Positions 55,770-64,000 of a DNA stretch of 64,000 nucleotides are shown piece by piece (the stretch's first letter is position 1; every line of letters begins with the position of its first letter). A model generated the notes under the pieces. It had not been told where the DNA came from. It did not search any database and saw only the letters and a list, made by a program, of their open reading frames with translations. The stretch lies in assembly GCF_009914755.1 (NCBI RefSeq), contig NC_060940.1. One strand, given 5' to 3'. Position numbers and translations under genes: made by a program. The stretch comes from the human T2T-CHM13v2.0 reference genome, Homo sapiens.

Positions 55770-56190
55770 TCCAAGTTCCTTAACCTGGCCCTCTGCACCC
55801 TCACGCATCATCCCCACTCCCTTGCCCTTTGTGCTCCATCAATAGAGGCTGCTGGTGTTTCCTGAATCCATGATGCTGCTTCTGACCTCCAGTCCTTTGC
55901 ACTTGTGGTGACTCCTCCTAGAACGCCCATACCCATCAACCCATCTGGCACACTCATCCTGAATTCTCCCTCTCTTCCTCAAGGGCCCTAGGGTGGGAAC
56001 CTTTCCTCTGTCCCCAGGGAGCATCCTGTGCAGTCCTTTTCCACAGCATGCACTGGACAGCACCATGCCACCTGCATCTCCCGCTGACAACTTCTTAGCT
56101 TACAGCTGGGCCTCTCCTCTCTACATGACCACTTTCTGACCCAAAGCATATGCTCAGTTTTTAAAGTGAGGAATGAATGAATGAATGAAC
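55770..56190 (+). mobile_element. L2 3' fragment
   Basis: cctccagtcctttgcacttgtg...gaatgaatgaatgaatgaa tail. Confidence 0.7.
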
Positions 56191-56499
56191 AACTGTCCAG
56201 TATTGACCAATTTGTGTTTCTCAGAACCCTGTTCTGCACCATATTACCAGCTTTTATGCATCAAGAACGCAAATAAAATTTTTAAAATGCTACTATATAA
56301 CTCTGGGAACCATTTCTCAGAGCCTCTGCTGCTGGGGAGGACGACAGAGCATGCAGGTGTCACCTGCCTGGGGTACGCCACAGTCTCTCTGCATCTGGTC
56401 TGGCCTAACATGGCCCAGTCTAACTCCTCCCTGTGCCGCAGTGCTCCGCCGAGCCTTATGACAGCCTGAGGTCGGACTGATCTCTTTACCTAGGTTTTG

Positions 56500-56638
56500 G
56501 TATCTTGTTTATTATGGATTTTTTGGAATTAATTTTGATTTCTTACAATATGTAATGGAAATACTAAGTATCTTGAGTGTTTGGCTTCCCCTTAAATTTT
56601 GTGCCCAAGGCAAGTGCCTCATCCTATGCCCAGTCCTG
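56500..56638. mobile_element. hAT-Tip100-like DNA transposon end
   Basis: ccccttaaattttgtgcccaaggcaagtgcctca...cagtcctg. Confidence 0.45.
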
Positions 56639-56799
56639 CTGTGCAGAAACAACTTCCCCTGACCCCAGATGCACACTCCACTCTGAGTTCTTGAAATGAT
56701 CATGCACTGTGCAGGGCTGGCCTGGCCTGCTGTGGAGCATCTGAGTGTTAGACCTTGTCTCCTGTCACCCTAACCCTTGGCTTCTAGTTCTGTCTCAGA

Positions 56800-57300
56800 G
56801 AAACCCATAGAACCATTCTATTTCTCTCTTACGTAACAGCCCCGTGACTTGTGAAAGGTAGCTGTGTTATCCTAGCTAATTCTATTCTGTTTCAGATTAA
56901 ACACACATATGATTGGATTTGCAGATGCCATGGATTGCCATTTTGGTTACTGTGAACATGGTGCTTTTTCGTCTTCAAGTTTCCATTAGAAAAATACAAT
57001 GACAACATCTGAAGACAAAATTCTGGCTGTGTTCTGACCAGCAGCTATCACCTTCCTTTACCTAAAGGTGGTAATTCTCTGCGGCAGCCTAAACTTGCCT
57101 TGGTTCTGTGGCCTCCATATTGCTGTTTTAACTCCCATTGATCTTGTAGCCAAATAAACCCCCATATGACATTTTTGCATATATTTTAGTTAGAATATTG
57201 TACTTCTATAACTGAGTTTTATACCCAAATGCATTCTTGGTAAACTGCATCTCAGTAGTAACCTTCCATTACTCTAATCTGTACAGATTTTTAAAAAATT
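56800..57300 (-). mobile_element. Possible L3/CR1 remnant
   Basis: gttctgaccagc...tatcaccttcc...gcagcctaa...attgtactt pattern; very diverged. Confidence 0.4.
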
Positions 57301-57836
57301 GTTTATCCATCTGTGTTTAACTCCTTAGTCTCCCACTTAGCTGGGTGTAGTGGCATATGGACAGACACATTTCATAAAACATGAAGAGATAATTCCTCCT
57401 TTCTTATTCCTGTATTGTCTCTAGCTTTCTGGTCCAACAAATCTACTTATAAATATTGCATTACTTACTGATGCCATTCAACTCACAGCCATGGACATAA
57501 TGAAAACTCCTAGCTCATTTCCCATGCATGGTTAGTTCACAGGCAATTATTTGCAGATGCAATTCTGCATGTTGGCTTAATTGACACTTTCCCTTGTTTA
57601 TCAAGGGTAATTTCTCTGGGAAATTAACAACGATTTACACCTGCAGCTGCTCAGGCATGCAGCTAGCAATCCAACTGTGACTTTATAACCCGATCCTTAG
57701 ACTATCTAAGGGTTAAAAATCAGCATTACTTAAGGTCATGTGTTCAGGAATGTGGCACTTCAGAGGGATTTCTCTTTCTCATCAAGGGAACTCAATGGAA
57801 GAATAATTAATACTGAAGAAGGAGAAAGGAACTCAC

Positions 57837-57972
57837 CTGAGGCTGGACCTCATAGAATCCTGGGAGGTCATCTTGATTGGCAAGCTGGAGTGTTTTCTCA
57901 TACGGGTACTTCAGGAAGCAGTGCCCAAAGTCCACCTCTGTATTGACCAGGTGGAGGGCAGGTACAACACAC
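57837..57972 (-). CDS. HYDIN: HYDIN coding exon, ~exon 16 (136 nt)
   Basis: Acceptor ctcctccgagcag|G, donor CAG|gtgagt; (R)CVVPALHLVNTEVDFGHCFLKYPYEKTLQLANQDDLPGFYEVQPQ with the ASH-type VDFG...LxN motif. Confidence 0.92.
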
Positions 57973-58674
57973 CTGCTCGGAGGAGCCCATCACACAATTC
58001 AAAACAGAGAGCTTGTTTACATACAGAAAACGCAGAGCCCCAAGCGAGATACATTTGTCAGTGTCACATAGTAGTTTTTCTCTAATAACCACATTAGTCA
58101 CTTTCAAAGCTTCTCTCCTCCTCTCTTCCCTGTCTCTTGGCCCCCAGTCACCACTTTTTAATCAAAAAAGGACTAGAAGCAGAACTCCTTGAAGAGCTGT
58201 CTGGTGGGTAATGACTCACATTTCCATTGTTTTATATATTTGGCCTTCTTTGGGCAAGGGGTCCCCATGGCGCAAGATCCATAGGGTAGTGAATCTGTTT
58301 CCATGCCAAACAGGGCCAATGCCACCAGCATGTGGTCCTAACTAGCTGTGACACTTTGGACCAGTCAGAAAGCCCCCCAAGGACTAGCGACAGCTCACAT
58401 CATCTAAATAACAATAATAATGCTAATTCCTATGCAGAACAGCTGTCTTGGATGCAGAGGCTCAGGTGGCTGCTTGGTCCAGAACTGGCACTGTGACGGG
58501 GTTGTCACTGTGCCGACATGGCGGGGGTGAGGTGGGGGGAGAGGGAGGGAGGGTTGTATGCAGAAAAGAGGGGAGTTGAAGCCCTGTGTTTACCATTGGT
58601 CTATTATTAGGTGACTTGGATTTTATTTGCCGTCTGTGACTCTCAATGTCTATCCTACCCTTTGCCATTGCTTC

Positions 58675-58905
58675 AGTATAGTGCAATGGTGAAGAGTACC
58701 AGCTTTTGAATTTGCAGAGCCAGCTTCAAAGACTGACCTTACTAAGTACAACCTGTGTAACCTTGGGCAAGATGCTTTCTGTCTCAGAGTCCCATTTCTC
58801 TCATAGGTAAAATGAGGATAATTCTAGGGATTGATATTGGCATTATAAACTCTTCTTAGGGTGCTGGAAGGGCATAGCCCAGCACCAGGTAAGTGCCCAG
58901 TAAGA
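58675..58905 (+). mobile_element. MIR
   Basis: gtatagtgcaatggtgaagag...tgtgtaaccttgggcaag...gtaaaatgaggataat. Confidence 0.7.
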
Positions 58906-60421
58906 GGGAGTGAGCCTGTGGCAGAATCATGGCAGGCTGTCACTGCTGGCTCTCAGGAGAGAGTTACTTGAGGCTACAGTTCTAAAAGCAATTCTTCTGT
59001 TAAGAGTCAGTGAGTAGTTCCTACAGATTACACCAAAAATAAGGACATGAAAGAGGCTTTCTTTAACCGCAAAGTTTGTGATTTTGCATGAGTGTTCATT
59101 TCTAGCTGGAATGGAAGTTGTCTGTTGACCCAGTGACTTTCTTAAAGCTAATCCTTTACTACCTGAAATACTGTGACTGAGAGGGCTTATACTACTTGAC
59201 TTGGGTCACAGAATATAAGTAGAAAACTCATAGCCTCTTTAGACCTTTTTTTTTTTTAATTTAGAATTTCCTATCGATAGCTGTAGGGAAAGGGGCTAGA
59301 AAGTATCTGAATAAGCCTGCATAGACAAGAAATGCAGGACTAGACTGAAAGGCAAATCTGGGCATAGAAAGGACCACATTAGGGTTTTTACTGTTTGTAA
59401 ACAAAGGAAAAAATAGGTCTTGAAGGAATACTAAGTAGGTCACAGTGGGAACCCTAATTTAAGTTGTTTCTGCACTGCTATTTATCTTCATCCAAGCCCA
59501 AGACACGTGAAATAGTGTCAGTTACTAACTCCCCACCAACCAGCACATCTGCCCCATCTTTAAAGTGTATGTCTTCCTAAGATTCACAAGAGATCAGAAT
59601 TCCAGAGATTGACATATTAGCATGATTATCAGTTTTCCTAAGTCATTTTCTCTATTTCCTATACATAGCATTTGCATACATACAACTTAAAGTCCCAGAT
59701 CTGGACACTGATTGCTTTGGGAAGAGTGTGGCCCCAGGATTTTATTTGGGATCACATCATCATTAGTCGATGACACCACCACCCTCATCAGCAGTACTGC
59801 AATGACTGTAGCTTGGTCAAAAGGACACAGTCAACAAATGGCTGAGCCAGGATTTTAACCCAGCTGCCTCTCTCAAAAAGAGAGAGGAGTTGGAGATGGT
59901 TCTGAGGAGTATACCTTGTTAAAGATGAGCCTCATCTTGGGGGCCCACTCCTAGCCTGAAATTCAAGTCACAGCAACAGTGTCCCGGGGCAGGGACCTCT
60001 TGGCTCTATGGATCTTCCACTGCAGGACTGACAGCATCACCTTCCTATTGCATAACTCTGGAGCACCATGTTGAAAGATGAAAATAAAAATGAGCAGCTC
60101 TTCACCTCTTCCTGCTAAAACCTTTCTGGTTACATACTTTGAAAGTCAAACCCGTTAGAGAGGGTCTGACCCGTTTTTTCACTATTCTTAGGATTCTCTG
60201 CCTAAACTCTACAAAACACACACACTTCTTCTTATCTCCACCAAAGGTGCTTTAGAAACATTTGCTGCTTTGTCATTTGAATGTCAGATTCAACTTCCCT
60301 TCCCAGGAAGGCAGGACAAACTCAGTGTGCTTGGGTTGGCAGGCCAGCTGCCTTCTGGGAGGCAGCCCATTACTGGAGGCTCGGGGGCGACTCAGGAGAA
60401 GAGCAAGCTGGGGAGCAATAC

Positions 60422-60522
60422 CTTGCTGTAATTAAGAGCGCCAGCACCTCTTCTCCGATGCCCTCCACGTCCACCACGAGTGCCAGCTCGTATTTCTGCA
60501 CAGTGTTGGAGCATAATGTCAC
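60422..60522 (-). CDS. HYDIN: HYDIN coding exon, ~exon 15 (101 nt)
   Basis: Acceptor ctttttctttccag|GTG, donor AG|gtattg; VTLCSNTVQKYELALVVDVEGIGEEVLALLITA(R). This frame is absent from the ORF track but continuous with both neighbours. Confidence 0.92.
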
Positions 60523-62399
60523 CTGGAAAGAAAAAGGTGACAAGTTGGTCTTCGAAAAAGCACGTTCTCTCTACACGGGGGAGGGGAGCCTCCGGAGGAC
60601 TACGCTGATCAGAGTGGTTTCTAAGTGCTTTATGGATATATAGCATTTTACATTTTTAGTTGAACAAGTTACATTGTGGGGTCAGGGCATGCTGAGTGTT
60701 TTCAAAGGCCAGGGTAGAAACCAAATGGCTGTTAGTACAATGGCTTTGCTCATTTCTGAGGAGGTTTTGTCAAAGAAGCCACATACCTGCATAAGGGGAA
60801 AAATGAGCATGAACGATGAGCAACATCGAACCAACTTTAATTACTGCAATTTAAATTGTTCCCTACCTCTGGGCTATATGAATTATGAAAATGTAATATA
60901 CTAGTAAAACACTATAGCACAAGTTCTCTTACAGTAAAATAAATGGAAATAACCATGTCAGTTCCAGAAAATGGTGTAAGAAATCAGTCTGCTTTACCAA
61001 AATCTTGCCCCCACCATCCCACATTCTTTATTACAGCAGAAAATAGAAAGTTCCAAAGAAAGGTCTATTTGAGGATAATAGAACATGGTCAAACCATAAA
61101 CAGATTTCAGAACTCATTGGTACTTAGATTCCAATTCCAGCAAGTTGGAGTTAAGCAGTAATGAATTGCACAGACAATTCATTTAAGAAGTTTAGCAGTT
61201 GCTAGGAGAGATTGAGGGTCAAGGGAGGCTCTTGGGGGGCTCAGAACATTTTACCCTGTGTTTTTATTTCCTGCTGTGAAGCTGTACATTTAGGCTTTCA
61301 GAAGACTTGTTATGATTTTTAATTGCTTCAAAATTGTATGTACTGGAAGAGATAGTTTCAAGTCTAGAAAACAGCTTCTGGCATGAGTTAAGGCTTTTCT
61401 ATCTATAAATTATGCATCTGGTACTAATTAAAATGTTTTCAGTTGCAGAGGGAATCACTGGATGCAAATTTGAGTCCACACAGACCTGGCTGAAGTGCAG
61501 ATCAGGAGGGAAAACTGGAGCTTGGAGAAAGCTTTTCTAAATATAAAGGAAAAATAAAGTGAAGATGAAGTCATTGATTTGGAAAGAAACAGAGAATCCT
61601 AGTGTGACTGTAACCCCTTGTTTATGTATCTGGGCTGTGGCTAGAAGGAAGAACAAGTGGTTTTGGCAGAAGGCTGCTAGCAAGACGCTGTGTCTTTTAA
61701 AATCTTCCTGAGATATCTGGGAAGCAACAACAACAACAAACAACAACAGCAAAAGAAAAGAGGGAAGACAGTTAAGGGTGAAATAATTCCACTGGTGGCA
61801 CTGTGAGGCGATAACCAAGGCAAAGCACTATCCTGATTGCAGACAAAACATGGAAGGATGAGTATTCCTCAGGATGAGGAAGCTGAATTCTCATGGCTTT
61901 TCCTGCAGAACTCAAGATAAGGCGCTGTTAGTGATACCACATCCACATCCACCATGAATGAAGCCTGGATTCGGATTACAAAGCTGAATAAACCAGATAT
62001 CATCTTTGGCATAAGTGTGGCTATTTATTGCTATCTAAAGGATCTGAGTCTGAAGGAAAGATAAACCTAAGTATCAATAAGTTGTGAAATCTGTTTATAT
62101 TAGTACCGCTGGGAGTACTGTCTGGATAGCAGTGGCTTCACTAGAAATGCCTAGAACCCACTCTTCTGGTGAAGGCAATGCATCTAGATTAAGGTAAAGC
62201 CACTGGCACAGTGCCCATTGCTTTGCCCAATGTATTTGTGTCTGATTTATTTCCTTATAGGCCCACGTTTCCCTGTAAATTGACAGGCACCCCCTCCTGC
62301 TGACACTGGACATGCTAGAGCAAACCCTAGATGAGGGCCCATGACTATTTTGAAGGCTCAGCTGCTTAGCTGTGTGTGCAGGAAGGCCATGCACTTTAC

Positions 62400-62635
62400 C
62401 CTGATAGCAGCAAATCCCTGGGGGCGAATGGTGCCACAGTCAGGAGAGATGGTGAATTCTTTTGGTTTCATTGAGGATATTTCTTCCTTGGTCCAAGATG
62501 GTCTTTTGTAGTCCACATGCTGCTCACAATATGAAATGCTTTTATGGCCAAGGCCATCCCCAGGGATACGCAGTTTGTAAGTCATGGGGATCAAAGAGGT
62601 ATTATTGAGGGAACATATCAAGGTATGAGGAAACC
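62400..62635 (-). CDS. HYDIN: HYDIN (or HYDIN2) coding exon, ~exon 14 (236 nt)
   Basis: Acceptor tttgttttccag|GG, donor AGG|gtaaag; encodes (G)FPHTLICSLNNTSLIPMTYKLRIPGDGLGHK...EFTISPDCGTIRPQGFAAIR, recognised as HYDIN; joins next exon in phase 0. Confidence 0.93.
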
Positions 62636-63371
62636 CTGGAAAACAAAATATGATGTGAGAAATAAAAGCCCCCCCAACACCTCCCTTGACCCTCAATCTC
62701 CCCTAGAAACTGCTAAGCTTCTTGAATGAACTGTCTGTGCTATTCATTACTACTTAACTCCAACTTGCCCTAAATATTATTTTTATTGTTTCATTCCATC
62801 AATAAATACATTTTCATTCATTAATGTATCTACTTTTTCATTTATGCATTCACTCAATGAATATTTACTATGCATTTACTATGTGGGAGATTAAACACCA
62901 CATATAAAACAAGCCCCTTGATTGCCACTCAGGCCCTTCCGGGGAGGCAGCCTCTGTTAGTAGTTGGCTGAGTAGTCTTGCGGAAGTATATTTTGCATTT
63001 ATTTCTTACACAAAAATATACATTTTTACATTGAATCATGCTTGCTGTTTTTATTTGCCAGTGTGTGAAAGAAAAAGCCTGCATGGTTTTGCCCCCTGGG
63101 TGACCCAGAGCTTGCCAAGACATGATAGAGTGTGTCCTAGACCTGTCTGGGTATCACGCTCTTAGGGCTGATGACACAGTATCAAAAAATAGCCTTTCCC
63201 AAGAGAGACTTTACAAACTGCTTTAGAGCCAGCCAGAGACTAACACCTGGCTTTTACCTCTCTTAGACAAAGCTGCTTTGTCATCGTATCCAGCTTTGTT
63301 CCGTGAGACTCCTCTCTTAAGAGATGTGGACCTTTCTTGCTTGGCAAGCAATACACTAAGCTCTGATTTTC

Positions 63372-63761
63372 TTTCTTTTCTTTCTTTCTTTCTTTCTTTC
63401 TCTCTCCTTCCTTCCTTCCTTCCTTCCTTCCTCCTTCCTTCCTTCCTTTCTTTCTTTTTTTTTTTTTTTGAGACAGAGTCTTGCTCTGTAACCCAGGCTG
63501 GAGTGCAGTGGTACAATCTTAACTCACCTCAACCTCCACCTCCCAGGTTCAAGTGATTCTCCTGCCTCAGCCTCCTGAGTAGCTGGGATTACAGGTGTGC
63601 GCCACCATGCACCACCACGCCCATCCAATTTTTGTATTTTCAGTAGAGATGGGGTTTCACCATGTTGGCCAGGCTGCTCTTGAACTCTTGACCTCAGGTG
63701 ATCCACCTGCCTTGGCCTCCCAAAGTGCTGGGATTACAGGCGTGAGCAACAGTGCCCGGCC
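63372..63761 (-). mobile_element. AluSx/Sz with (GAAA)n/(GGAA)n-expanded tail
   Basis: TSD actaa(g/a)ctctgattttc at 63355-63371 and 63762-63778 encloses both the Alu and the microsatellite. Confidence 0.93.
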
Positions 63762-64000
63762 ACTAAACTCTGATTTTCGATTCCCTAGGCAGCTATTGTA
63801 TCTGATACCACTTTCAGAACAAGAAGAATAATCTATAGACACAGGAGAACAAAAATGCATATTTCTACTGGATGGAAATGCTACTCTTCTACCTTGAACT
63901 CTGCTGTAATAAAATGTACTTGGTCTCTTGGAGTAATGACTGTTGCTGTCGGGGCTATTTTGAGTTGATCTACTTCTGCCTCATGTCTCAGCTTTTGTCT

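Noticed and set aside
58261-58312. X-box-like gtccccatggcgc and gtttccatgccaaac
   Set aside because: Second half-sites are broken; too weak to support.
60281-60643. 120-aa + strand ORF
   Set aside because: Antisense shadow of exon 15.

Overview
Primate, almost certainly human, genomic DNA lying entirely inside one large minus-strand gene, HYDIN (axonemal central-pair protein), or its near-identical human-specific duplicate HYDIN2; the window alone cannot separate the two. Ten GT-AG exons (236, 101, 136, 165, 153, 239, 274, 144, 144 and 314 nt; 1906 nt total) splice into one uninterrupted frame encoding tandem ASH/PapD-like Ig-fold repeats. From recalled exon sizes these are exons 14-23; the numbering should be verified. 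The rest is intron rich in Alu, L1, L2, MIR, MaLR/ERV LTRs and DNA transposons, several with readable TSDs and nesting; boundaries and subfamilies of the older repeats are approximate, by-eye calls. I found no new protein-coding system, RNA gene or CRISPR-like array. The best leads are regulatory: (1) a near-perfect palindromic RFX X-box in a CpG-rich non-repeat patch in intron 23; (2) read-through stop plus poly(A)-signal arrangements after exons 15, 19, 20 and 23, the last adding a hydrophobic tail; (3) inverted Alu pairs placed for editing or back-splicing; (4) a complete solo ERV1 LTR antisense to the gene; (5) a SOX/FOX motif cluster in intron 18.
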